Positions 10,519 through 20,121 of a stretch of DNA of 64,000 nt are shown here, piece by piece (within the stretch, counting starts at the first letter, position 1; every line of letters starts with the position of its first letter). The translations under genes and the position numbers were made by a program. The stretch spans positions 32,001-96,000 of the forward strand of contig CAXXOU010000004.1 in assembly GCA_963677495.2 (NCBI GenBank), read 5' to 3'. The notes under the pieces are model-generated. The model did no database searches, had not been told where the DNA came from, and was given only the letters and a program-made list of their open reading frames with translations. The stretch comes from Candidatus Cloacimonadales bacterium (GTDB lineage Bacteria; Cloacimonadota; Cloacimonadia; Cloacimonadales; JAFGVF01).

Positions 10519-10990
10519 CGCATTTCAGGGAGTTTGCCGGACTGATAAGGAGAGCGGACTTCCTAAAATGCACTTCGAAGGAATCAGGCTTAGGTTTTCG
10601 TCATCGCCCCACACTTCGCTGCGGCCTGTCGGGGCGTAGCTTATAAGCGAAGATTGGTGCAAGTTAGAAAAGTATATACAGTCTCAGAAGCAGTCACCAG
10701 TGCGAGTTTACGAGCTTGGGGATATGTGGAAAAGATATGTTATCCGGTTACGCATTTCCCCGAACTCCCGCTAGTCGTAATGGTGACTGCTTCAGAATAC
10801 ATACACAGTGCAATTAGCAATGACTTACAACATTGGAGTCATAGTGAGTTTACGAGTTGGACTCATAGTGCTGTACCTTTGCCATTTTTCGCTATTCACC
10901 CATCTCCCTTCGGTCGCTATTGCGACAGCTTCAGAAAGATATACTCAGTGGCTTTTGCAATAACTTAGCTACACTTAATGCCCTTTTTAC
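10519..10990. repeat. Mosaic of REP-like palindromic repeats
   Basis: 10519-10575 is an inverted copy of 35458-35523; 10690-10722 of 31215-31247; 10756-10792 of 27205-27241; about 10880-10987 of about 32348-32450. Confidence 0.85.
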
Positions 10991-11000
10991 TCTCTTTTAC

Positions 11001-11129
11001 TGCTCTATCCATCAACGCACTGTGTCTGCACTGTGCACGCACTGTGAAGGCACTGCCAACCCACTGTTTCACTGGGTATACAGTGCGTGCACAGTGGGAA
11101 CACAGTGGGATGACTGCGTTTTGATAGAG
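11001..11129. repeat. 11-bp-phased palindromic array, core CACTG/CAGTG
   Basis: CACTG at 11018, 11029, 11040, 11051, 11062; centre TTT; right arm at 11070 (CACTG variant), then CAGTG at 11081, 11092, 11103; flanks CTCTATC...GATAGAG. Confidence 0.9.
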
Positions 11130-11297
11130 ACTTATAAGAAAGTGAGAAACAAATTACTTTATAGAGAAAGAAAAGTTTGGTTTAGTAAAGCTAGAGCTAA
11201 AAAATAACATGATGCTATAGAACCGAATAATCTGAAAGGATTAGGTTTAGAGCTTGAAGTCGGATATAGATAATTTAACTAACCTAAAAGAGTCTGA

Positions 11298-11810
11298 TTA
11301 TTTCTTTAACTCAGGACTCGGATAAAGATAGCCTAAAGATTTAGAACCTGTAGTTTTCAGATATGTTTCAGGACGCATCCATTCTGTAGTTCTTCCTAGA
11401 GCCGGGACTCCAATATAACCTCTTACATCAAGGTTCCCTTTCTTATTAAAGGTCATTTTACATTTATATGTTTTACCATTTTTAGGGTCATAGATAGTAC
11501 CGTTTTTCCATGTACCTTTTTTATGCTTGAAGCCTTGCATAATATTAAGACCTAATACGGGATTGTTTCTAAACTTCTCGTTAGGGTTGAATTTATCAAC
11601 TTTGGGTGCTCCGACTTTTCCTGCGGAAGCATCAGTATAAACCGGTTCTTTCAGGGCGACGATAGATGCTTCATATACTCCATCAACTTCTTTGATTTCA
11701 ACAACAGATGCAGCTTCATCAGTAACCCAATATCCGAGAATATCTTTTGCTGCAGAGAACAGAGCGAATGAAACGAGTAGTATTACAATTATGAACGTAG
11801 TTTTAAGCAT
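11298..11810 (-). CDS. DUF2147 family exported protein
   Basis: ILGYWVT, DKFNPN..RNNPVLGL, WKNGTIYDPKNGKTY, LDVRGYIG..LGRTTEW; GGAGG RBS before ATG 11810. Confidence 0.85.
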   Translation of the reverse strand: MLKTTFIIVILLVSFALFSAAKDILGYWVTDEAASVVEIKEVDGVYEASIVALKEPVYTDASAGKVGAPKVDKFNPNEKFRNNPVLGLNIMQGFKHKKGTWKNGTIYDPKNGKTYKCKMTFNKKGNLDVRGYIGVPALGRTTEWMRPETYLKTTGSKSLGYLYPSPELKK

Positions 11811-12022
11811 AAATACCTCCAAGTGATTAGAGTTCATTTTCTTCGAACCTAAACTCGTTTGTAAAGTAATAAATAATCTGTAACCTTTACGAAGTTTAGT
11901 GATTATTACATCAAAGATGTAAAAAGCAGGCTTGCGGATGGTTGTGAAGAATATTTTTATTGACACTTAAAATTTGACGAAGTTTGTGAAATAAGTAAAA
12001 TAATGACATTTATGGAGTGTAT

Positions 12023-13294
12023 ATGAAAAGGATTGCTTTCATTATCGCAATGGGGCTTTTGTTAATCAGTTTGAGAGCTGAAGGCTACAAATTAGAAGAG
12101 CTGATAGAATCAGGGATGAGTAAAGCATCATCCATTATAAGAAGTGAGATTAATCGCGATAATGCAGAATCTAGTCATGTATCCAGTTATCTTTCTTTCT
12201 TACCAGAAATTGGTGCTACATATAATCGATCAGGAAATGAAACTAATAATATTTATACAAACTCAGAAGGCTCATCTTATTATGTGAGTAAATCTGTTTC
12301 CTTGAATGAAGGTGATTATTTCCAATTCAGAAACACACTGATTGATACAGAAGTTGCTGATATTAACTATGAGATTGCCAAGAAGGAGTTAGCATATAAT
12401 ATCATTGAATCCTATCTAAATATTCTGCAAACCCAGAAGGAGCTTGAGATTCAACAAGAGAATTTAGCATTGCAAGAACGAGTTCTGGCTGAGATAGTGA
12501 TACAAGCAAAACAGGGTAGAAAGACATCCTTAGACTTGAATCAAGCAGAGATCGATAAGATTGATAGTGAAATTCAAATTGAGAATCTTACTAATTCATT
12601 GGTGAACATGAGAGCAAATCTCTTTAATCTGATACGTGTTGAGGATAGTGGAGCAAGCTTTTCAGATGTAACATTAAATATTATTGAAACTTCAAACTTA
12701 CCTGAATTCGAAGAGATAGAAGCTGATGGTAAAGGTAATCCATTGAGTTTTCAAGCAGACTATTTAAACTTAAAAAGTATGAAGATTAATGAATGGCAGT
12801 ATAAATTAAACTTCTTCCCTTCAATTAACTTAACTGCAAGTTATAATCAAACTTCAGTTGCAGATGAACCTTTTGAATATGATGAGACCGGAGAGTCCTA
12901 CTCAATTACCTTATCAGCATCATATTCCTTATGGAATCTATTGAATCAGAATGAGAATTACAGACGTTATAAGAATAGCATGAAACTTACAGAACTCAAT
13001 ATTGAAGATAATATTAACAGTCATAAAACGCAGTATGACCAGTTGATTAGAAATCTTGAGTACTTACATAAAGCAAAAGGTTTATATGAGCGAAAAGTAG
13101 CTCAAAGCTCAGAAAACCTTACAATAGCTAATGAAAAATATACATTAGGATTGATTGACTTGGTTGAGTTAGATAGATCTCGTATCTCTAACTTACAGTC
13201 ACGCATTTCACAAAATGATAATTACTACAGTATCCTGAAGACTCAGGAACAACTAAATAAGCTACTTTCACTCCCTATCATGGGACGTTGGTAA
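12023..13294 (+). CDS. TolC family outer membrane efflux protein
   Basis: Signal peptide, duplicated FLPEI/FFPSI motifs, helical repeats, YTLGLIDLVEL; upstream of an adaptor gene. Confidence 0.8.
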   Translation: MKRIAFIIAMGLLLISLRAEGYKLEELIESGMSKASSIIRSEINRDNAESSHVSSYLSFLPEIGATYNRSGNETNNIYTNSEGSSYYVSKSVSLNEGDYFQFRNTLIDTEVADINYEIAKKELAYNIIESYLNILQTQKELEIQQENLALQERVLAEIVIQAKQGRKTSLDLNQAEIDKIDSEIQIENLTNSLVNMRANLFNLIRVEDSGASFSDVTLNIIETSNLPEFEEIEADGKGNPLSFQADYLNLKSMKINEWQYKLNFFPSINLTASYNQTSVADEPFEYDETGESYSITLSASYSLWNLLNQNENYRRYKNSMKLTELNIEDNINSHKTQYDQLIRNLEYLHKAKGLYERKVAQSSENLTIANEKYTLGLIDLVELDRSRISNLQSRISQNDNYYSILKTQEQLNKLLSLPIMGRW

Positions 13295-13316
13295 TAGATT
13301 AAGAGGAGAGGTTTAG

Positions 13317-14420
13317 ATGAAAAGATTTATAACGGTATTGCTTAGCTTCCTAGTTCTTACAGCATGTAAGGTAGGAATGAAAAAGGGTGACTCACCTTTA
13401 GATACTAAGATACCAACTCATACTGTTAAACGGGGAGAGATTAAAACGAAATTAGATGTCACCGGTGAGATTCAACCAAAGAGCACAATTAAGGTTAAAT
13501 CCCGTGTGGCAGGGAAAATATTGAAGTTCTATGTAGATGAGAATGATTATGTAAATGAAGGTGATGTTATTGCTGATATTGAGCCTGATTACAATCAAGC
13601 TGAATCAATTTCCAGAACCAGAAGCAGTTTGAGACTTGCTGAGATCAGATTAACAAAAGCTGAGAAAGACTTTAATGATTACACTGAGTTATACAATAAA
13701 AACTATATTTCATTGAACGAGCTTACTAATGCATCAGATGAGTTTGAATCTGCCAGAATCAATCATGAGCAGGCATTAGAGCAGTATGAACTTGTAAAAG
13801 ATTTGGATTCAAAAGACTCAGTTACAAAGTTATATGCCACATCATCAGGAACAGTGATTTCACGTCTTGTTCAGGAAGGTGAAATGGTAACATCCAGTAA
13901 CGTAAGTTTTGGCGAGGGTACAGTTATTATGCATTTGGCAGACCTCACAAGAATGGTAGTTGAGTCAGAAGTTAATGAAGTAGATATTACTAAGTATCAT
14001 CGTAATCAGGTTGCATCAATCTTAGTAGATGCTTTCCCTTATGAAAAGTTTACGGGAAAGGTTAGTAAGATAGCTGCATCAGCGACAGATAAAAATGGAA
14101 CAAAGGTTTTCCCAATCCAAATCCATCTTGAAGGTAATATTGCGATGCTTAAACCCGGTATGACAGCGAATGTAAGTATTGAAGGAGAATCAAGAGCTGA
14201 TATTCTAATAATTCCAATCAGAGCAATATTCACAGACGAGAAGGGGCAGGATGTTGTATATCTCATGAAGGATGGCAAACCCGAGAAAGCAGTACCAATC
14301 AAAACAGGTATTAATGATTTCCAACAGGTTGAAATAATTGAAGGTGTTAACGAAAATGATATAATCACTCTTACAGAACCGGCGTCATTGGCACCGAAAT
14401 CTGAAGAGTTCGAATTCTAA
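13317..14420 (+). CDS. Efflux periplasmic adaptor (MFP)
   Basis: VKSRVAGKI, SGTVISRLVQEGE, VNEVDI, LKPGMTANV, IKTGIND. Confidence 0.9.
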   Translation: MKRFITVLLSFLVLTACKVGMKKGDSPLDTKIPTHTVKRGEIKTKLDVTGEIQPKSTIKVKSRVAGKILKFYVDENDYVNEGDVIADIEPDYNQAESISRTRSSLRLAEIRLTKAEKDFNDYTELYNKNYISLNELTNASDEFESARINHEQALEQYELVKDLDSKDSVTKLYATSSGTVISRLVQEGEMVTSSNVSFGEGTVIMHLADLTRMVVESEVNEVDITKYHRNQVASILVDAFPYEKFTGKVSKIAASATDKNGTKVFPIQIHLEGNIAMLKPGMTANVSIEGESRADILIIPIRAIFTDEKGQDVVYLMKDGKPEKAVPIKTGINDFQQVEIIEGVNENDIITLTEPASLAPKSEEFEF

Positions 14421-14435
14421 AAAAGGAGACAACTG

Positions 14436-15446
14436 ATGATTGAAGTCAGTAATGTAGTAAAAGACTATGGCACTCTCAGGGCAGTAGACAGCATTAGTTT
14501 CTCTGTCAATGAGGGAGAGATTGTCGGTTTTCTAGGACCAAATGGTGCAGGAAAATCAACTACTCTGAAAATGCTCACTGATTACCTGAAACCAACAGCA
14601 GGTAAGATTGAGATTAATGGTTTAGATATGGCTAAAGACTCTCTCAAAATCAGAGAATGGATTGGCTACTTGCCTGAACACAATCCGCTTTATGAAGATT
14701 TAACTGCTTATGATTACTTGAAGTTTGTTGCAAACATCAGAAACATAAGTGACAAAGATTTCAATTCCAGAATCGAAAGAGTTATCGAAGAATGTGGTAT
14801 TAAAAATGTAATAACACAGAAGATTGGTACTCTCTCAAAAGGTTACAGACAGCGTGTAGGGCTTGCACAAGCTATTCTGCATGATCCAAAAGTGATTATT
14901 ATGGATGAACCTACAACCGGTCTTGACCCTAACCAGATTCTAGAGATTAGAGAAGTTATCAGACGACTAGGTGAAAAGAAAACAGTTATTCTATCAAGTC
15001 ATATTATGCAGGAAGTTCAAGCAGTTTGTGACAGAATCATCATTATCAATAAAGGCAAGATTATTGCAGATGATAGGAAAGAAGTTCTTCAGTCTCAGCT
15101 AGCCGGTAAAACAGTACTTAGTCTTGAAATAATGGCAGATAATGCTAACTTCTATGATTTCAGAATGATTGATCCAACAATCAATATTTTCAATGAAAGT
15201 AAGATTAAAGGTAACATCTGGGAAGTAGTGCTTGAATACAGTAACAAGATTGATTTAAGAGAGAAGATATCTCGCTTTATCAATGAAAAAGGTTGGTTGA
15301 TTCTAAGTATGCAAAAACAGGAACGTTCTCTTGAGAAGATATTCCACGAACTTACTATGGATGGTGCACCAACAAGACAAGTTACAGATAATACTCAGTA
15401 CATTCCACAGTCTAACCCGGTTAATGCGGAGGAAGAAAATGAATAA
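14436..15446 (+). CDS. GldA-like ABC transporter ATPase
   Basis: GPNGAGKST, LSKGYRQRVGLAQA, MDEPTTGLDPNQI, SSHIMQEV. Confidence 0.9.
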   Translation: MIEVSNVVKDYGTLRAVDSISFSVNEGEIVGFLGPNGAGKSTTLKMLTDYLKPTAGKIEINGLDMAKDSLKIREWIGYLPEHNPLYEDLTAYDYLKFVANIRNISDKDFNSRIERVIEECGIKNVITQKIGTLSKGYRQRVGLAQAILHDPKVIIMDEPTTGLDPNQILEIREVIRRLGEKKTVILSSHIMQEVQAVCDRIIIINKGKIIADDRKEVLQSQLAGKTVLSLEIMADNANFYDFRMIDPTINIFNESKIKGNIWEVVLEYSNKIDLREKISRFINEKGWLILSMQKQERSLEKIFHELTMDGAPTRQVTDNTQYIPQSNPVNAEEENE

Positions 15447-16152
15447 TATCAAGTCAATTATCAAGAAAGAGCTTAATAGTTATTTAGTCTCTCCCGCCAC
15501 CTATATTGTGTTTGTTATCTTTCTTCTAATAACCGGTTGGTTCTTTAACAGCACTGTTTTCGTTATTGGAAGAGCAGAAATGAGATCCTTGTTCGGTACT
15601 TTACCAATGATATTCTTATTCTTCATACCAGCGATTACTATGGGTATGATTGCAAAAGAGAAAAACTCAGGTACGATTGAAATATTAGCAACATTGCCTT
15701 TGCAGGATAGCCAAATCGTTTTGGGCAAATTCTTTGCTGCTATTATTCTGATTGGTTCAACATTGCTTTTTACTCTTGTACACTTGTTCACAATAATGCA
15801 CTTTGGGCAGAACATCGATTATGGTGCAATTATATGGGGTTATGTCGGCTTATTCTTGGTTGCTTCAACATATTGTGCAATAGGAATCTTTGGTTCTTCG
15901 TTACATAGTAATCAGATTGTAGCTTTCATAATTAGTTTCGTGCTTGTGTTCTTTTTCTTTATTATAGATATGATATTGATTATATTCCCTGGTCCGGTTG
16001 CTGAATTCTTCCAATACTTAAGTATTAACTATCATTTCAGCAATTTGCAGAGAGGTGTTATAGATACACGTGATATTATATACTTTGCATCAATGATTAT
16101 CCTTTTCCTGAGAGGAGCTACTCTCTCTCTGGAATCAAGGAAATGGGATTAG
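15439..16152 (+). CDS. GldF-like ABC-2 permease
   Basis: KELNSYLVSP, FIPAITMG..AKEKNSGTIE, NQIVAF, GVIDTRD. Confidence 0.85.
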   Translation: MNNIKSIIKKELNSYLVSPATYIVFVIFLLITGWFFNSTVFVIGRAEMRSLFGTLPMIFLFFIPAITMGMIAKEKNSGTIEILATLPLQDSQIVLGKFFAAIILIGSTLLFTLVHLFTIMHFGQNIDYGAIIWGYVGLFLVASTYCAIGIFGSSLHSNQIVAFIISFVLVFFFFIIDMILIIFPGPVAEFFQYLSINYHFSNLQRGVIDTRDIIYFASMIILFLRGATLSLESRKWD

Positions 16153-16164
16153 GAGGTAAGTATA

Positions 16165-17772
16165 ATGAATAGAAAGAATGCTATAATAAACTTTGTTGTT
16201 ATCCTTGCTATCCTGATTGTTCTCAATCTGGTGTCATTGAATATATTCCATAGATTTGACTTCTCCAAAGACAAAGTGTTTACTCTCTCTAAATCCAGTA
16301 AAGAGATTGTAGGTGGACTTGAAGATAACCTTATTGTTAAAGCTTATTTTACAAAGAACCTTCCAAATCAGTATGCTGATTTAGGTCGCTATGTTCGTGA
16401 TATCTTATCTGACTACCAAACCTACTCACATGGACGTATGAAGTTTGATTTCATAAGCCCTAATGATGAAGATATGCTTAAGAATGAAGCCCGTATGAAC
16501 CAAATCCAACCTGCTCAGATTCAGATGCTGGAAAATGATAAAATGGAAGTTCGAGAAGTTTATATGGGACTCTATTTTGAGTATCAAGGTAACAGTGAAA
16601 GTATTCCACTTATCCAGGTTAAAGATGGTCTGGAGAATGATATTACCGGTATTATAAAGAGACTTTCAAGAGCTCAGATGGATAAAGTTACCCTTTACAC
16701 TGACCCTGAAGCAGAGAAAACAGATCATCAGTCAATCAGATACCTTTTGGGTAAGAACTATGAGATTAGTAGTAGTGACTTAATGACTCCAATTGAACCG
16801 GGTGTTAAAACACTTGTTATGGCTGGTGTCTCTGATTCACTTGATGTTGAGCAGCTTTATAACATCGACCAGTTCGTTATGAATGGTGGTAACCTTCTAG
16901 TTTTCCAGGATAGAGTGTCTATGGATGTACAAAAAGGTGAAGCTGAAGAGATTCATAGTAACTTCTTTGATCTTTTGGAGCATTGGAAGATAAATATTGC
17001 TCCAACACTTGTAGTTGATGAAAACTGTGGTCAAATCTCTGTTAGTCAGAGACAAGGACCATTTATAACTCAAGTTCCGGTTAAGTATCCATTGATTCCG
17101 GTTATCAACACTATGAGTAAAGAGAACCCAATAGTTAAGAAGCTTGAGAACTTAATACTTTTAGGTGCGTCTGAGATAGATGTTGAGATGGATTCTACTT
17201 CAACTGTAAACTTTACTCCATTATTTACTTCATCTAATCGTTCAGGTGCTATGTCCGGTCCAAACTATGGAATATCATTCCAACGTTTCCAGGGACAGAA
17301 GATTAACTCTCTGCTTAAAGATCCTTTTAGAGTTCTTTCAGGTCTCTTTGAAGGAGAGTTTACAAGTTACTTTACCTATAATCAAGAATTACAGAAAGCC
17401 GGTTTTGTACCTGCAAACAGTAATGGAAAGATAATTGTAGTAACTGACCAAGACTTCGTTAATGACAAAAGTGCCGGAAAGCAACCTAATAATTTAAACT
17501 TTGTTCTTAATTCTACAGACTTCCTTAATGGTGATTTATCATCTCTAGAGATTCGTTCAAGAACACTATCTTTAAGTGAACTGGATGTTAGGAAATATCT
17601 CCTAAGCAATGGAGTTAATCCAATGGATATTGACTCTGTAGAGAAGCGTACAAAACTTACTACTAAAACACTTAATATAGTACTTCCAAGCCTGTTATTG
17701 ATAGTGTTTGGACTAGCATACATTATCTATAAGCGTAAGCAAAGTGACAAAATCAGGAGGATATATGAATAA
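16165..17772 (+). CDS. GldG-like ABC transporter auxiliary component
   Basis: RFDFSKDKVFTLS, IDQFVMNGGNLLV, NLNFVLNSTDFL; N- and C-terminal TM helices. Confidence 0.85.
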   Translation: MNRKNAIINFVVILAILIVLNLVSLNIFHRFDFSKDKVFTLSKSSKEIVGGLEDNLIVKAYFTKNLPNQYADLGRYVRDILSDYQTYSHGRMKFDFISPNDEDMLKNEARMNQIQPAQIQMLENDKMEVREVYMGLYFEYQGNSESIPLIQVKDGLENDITGIIKRLSRAQMDKVTLYTDPEAEKTDHQSIRYLLGKNYEISSSDLMTPIEPGVKTLVMAGVSDSLDVEQLYNIDQFVMNGGNLLVFQDRVSMDVQKGEAEEIHSNFFDLLEHWKINIAPTLVVDENCGQISVSQRQGPFITQVPVKYPLIPVINTMSKENPIVKKLENLILLGASEIDVEMDSTSTVNFTPLFTSSNRSGAMSGPNYGISFQRFQGQKINSLLKDPFRVLSGLFEGEFTSYFTYNQELQKAGFVPANSNGKIIVVTDQDFVNDKSAGKQPNNLNFVLNSTDFLNGDLSSLEIRSRTLSLSELDVRKYLLSNGVNPMDIDSVEKRTKLTTKTLNIVLPSLLLIVFGLAYIIYKRKQSDKIRRIYE

Positions 17773-18712
17773 GAAGAATTTAATTCTCTTAGCAGGACTA
17801 ATTGTCTTACTTGTAATCTTCTGGTTTGCCAGAAAGAGAGACCATATTGAGACTGAGTTCAACTTCTTTAAGTTTGATTCTTTAACGGTAGATGTTATAA
17901 ATCTTACAACTGCTACAGATACACTAGAACTATCTAAGTTAGATGGTGAGTGGTGGATTACTCAACCTTTAAAGGCTGAAATTGAGCAACGTATGATTTC
18001 GAAGTTCTTTGCTGATGTCATTAAAGTCAAAGTTCCCAATCATCCAATGTCTGAGAATCCTGATTCATTCAACAACTACAATGTAGCAGACAATCAAGGC
18101 TATAATGTAAGTTTAAAGAATAAAGCTGGTCGAGCTGTTGCTGACTTCAAAGTAGGAGAAGGTTCAAATTACTCATATAGCTATATCAGAAGAACTAATG
18201 GAAACAAAGTCTATCAAGTAAAAAAGAACATCTTCCAGACTTGTAAACCTACATTGCGCTCATGGCGTTCAGGTTTAATCCTTGATATCAAACAAGATGA
18301 AGTTGATAAAATCATAATAGACAGACAGGATACTTCTTTTGAAATGATTCGTAAAGAAGGTGAAACTGAAGCGAATTGGACTTATAAAGATGCAACTGAG
18401 GAGTTTGTCATTGACCGTAAGAATACAGCAATGCGTAAATTCTCTAACTTTGTGTCAGGTCTAAGAAGTGGAGTCTACTATGATGGACAATGGGATGAGT
18501 TAAAACAATACTTTGAACTTCCTTTAGCTACAGTAACTATCATCAAGAAAGATGGTTCTCAAGAAAAGCTATATATATCTAAGAACGAAGCTGATGATAA
18601 GTTTATTATAAAGAAGAATAACTACACTGATACTATTTATCAAACCACACCTGATTTGTTTGGGAGAATTTCCTTCTCTAAGGAGCAATTCAAGGAGAAG
18701 AAAAGTAGTTAA
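17765..18712 (+). CDS. DUF4340-like membrane-anchored protein
   Basis: N-terminal TM; WWITQP, SYIRR..KVYQV, SWR; usual position after gldG. Confidence 0.7.
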   Translation: MNKKNLILLAGLIVLLVIFWFARKRDHIETEFNFFKFDSLTVDVINLTTATDTLELSKLDGEWWITQPLKAEIEQRMISKFFADVIKVKVPNHPMSENPDSFNNYNVADNQGYNVSLKNKAGRAVADFKVGEGSNYSYSYIRRTNGNKVYQVKKNIFQTCKPTLRSWRSGLILDIKQDEVDKIIIDRQDTSFEMIRKEGETEANWTYKDATEEFVIDRKNTAMRKFSNFVSGLRSGVYYDGQWDELKQYFELPLATVTIIKKDGSQEKLYISKNEADDKFIIKKNNYTDTIYQTTPDLFGRISFSKEQFKEKKSS

Positions 18713-18720
18713 CTATAACA

Positions 18721-18750
18721 AAAGAGTCTGCTAGTTTTAGCAGACTCTTT
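18721..18750. terminator. Bidirectional intrinsic terminator
   Basis: AAAGAGTCTGCTA-GTTT-TAGCAGACTCTTT between convergent genes. Confidence 0.85.
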
Positions 18751-18762
18751 CTTTAAATTTCT

Positions 18763-20121
18763 CTATCTATTCTTGATACTATGCACAAATGTTGCGAGCT
18801 GTGGCAGAGCTTGCCATTTCCAAAACTGAATCCCATCTATAATGTGCTCGAAATCATGATATGTCAGGTTCGTGGAATTATTCATAACAGAATAGGGCAA
18901 ATCAATTAGCATTCTAGGAGGAGTAAGCCCGGTAGCCTGGAATAAATTCGTTTCATCAACTCCGAGAGGAGTGCAGTTAATAACTAAGTCATACTTTCTA
19001 TTCAAATCCCCAGCTTCAATTGAATGTTTGCTACATATTTCATTCTGTTTTTTTCTATCTCTGCATCTTAAAAAGACTGAGCCAAAAACAGATGCTTCCT
19101 GAATTGATAGTTCAGCCATTGCCCCACTACCATAAATCAAGATAGAACTCATATCCTGCTTCTCGAGAATGAAGAGTGCTTTTTTTAGGGCAAAATGATC
19201 TGTATTATTTGTGATAATCGCATCTCTTTCGAAGTGTAAAAGGTTTACAGGCTTGGTTGAAGATGTAACTTCACGTACAGCACGTTTAAAGGGCATTGTA
19301 ACTGATAAACCATAGAACTTGTTTCGCTTCTTGAAGGTGTTTAACCAGCTCCAGAAATCTTCGAAATCATCGCAACTAAAAGGCAGATACATTGCATCGA
19401 AACCTTCTTGCTCGAAGTAGTCATTATAATACTGAAGTCCTATTGAACCCCAAACTTGCTGTCCTCCAAGCAATCCACCAATGACAGTATTCTTTGTGAT
19501 CTTCCTTAGTCTAAATTGTTCGATCTCTTCATATGTAAGTTGCTCAGGTACGACCTTTTCATGCCCATTACCAATATAGGTAGCTCTGGCATTTATGTGT
19601 TTATATAGGATTCTTGAAAGCTTTCCTAGTTTACCTAATCCAGCGAAGAGAACTTGTTTTGGACAAGCTTTAAACATAGTCTCTAACCAGGATAACTGCA
19701 TATATCTTTCAATTGGGATTGCCAGTTTTAGATAAGTGCAATCAAGTAATGCCCCTTCTTTGAGAAAGGCAGAAACTTCTTCTTCATTCAGATTATCAAA
19801 ATCATGATATGATAGAATATACCTTAATCCGGATAAGTCAGGTTTTTCTTGAATGTATTGCTTGTACTCAATATCTATCAAACAATTATTTCTTAGAGCA
19901 TACTCCCTCAATATACTAATTCTGTCTTTTAAAGAGAGCTTAGAGAGCCCACCCTCACTTGCATGCCTAAGGGTAAGAATTGTATTGGGAGTTAACTCAC
20001 ACTCTCCAAGATGTTTTTCAATTTTTGATTGCTCAATGAAGTCCAGTCTAATCTCATGGTATGTATAAAGCTCAGCGTTATCCGTGCACGGCTTACCACC
20101 CTTGAATGATGCTATTAACAT
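18763..20121 (-). CDS. Bifunctional type I 3-dehydroquinate dehydratase / shikimate dehydrogenase (AroD-AroE)
   Basis: N-terminal EIRLD, TLR..SEGG, IDIE, SYHDF, LKLA; C-terminal SVTMPFK, NTD, GSGAMA, INCTPLG. Confidence 0.8.
   Translation of the reverse strand: MLIASFKGGKPCTDNAELYTYHEIRLDFIEQSKIEKHLGECELTPNTILTLRHASEGGLSKLSLKDRISILREYALRNNCLIDIEYKQYIQEKPDLSGLRYILSYHDFDNLNEEEVSAFLKEGALLDCTYLKLAIPIERYMQLSWLETMFKACPKQVLFAGLGKLGKLSRILYKHINARATYIGNGHEKVVPEQLTYEEIEQFRLRKITKNTVIGGLLGGQQVWGSIGLQYYNDYFEQEGFDAMYLPFSCDDFEDFWSWLNTFKKRNKFYGLSVTMPFKRAVREVTSSTKPVNLLHFERDAIITNNTDHFALKKALFILEKQDMSSILIYGSGAMAELSIQEASVFGSVFLRCRDRKKQNEICSKHSIEAGDLNRKYDLVINCTPLGVDETNLFQATGLTPPRMLIDLPYSVMNNSTNLTYHDFEHIIDGIQFWKWQALPQLATFVHSIKNR

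Noticed and set aside
11018..11107. Phased arrays as plasmid iterons, TIGR arrays or terminators
   Set aside because: No rep gene; no 36-nt box C/D units; linkers do not pair and there is no U-tract.
10654..11207. ORFs 10654-10968 and 10920-11207
   Set aside because: They run through REP-like repeats and the phased array; similarity to the 32 kb ORFs reflects DNA repeats.
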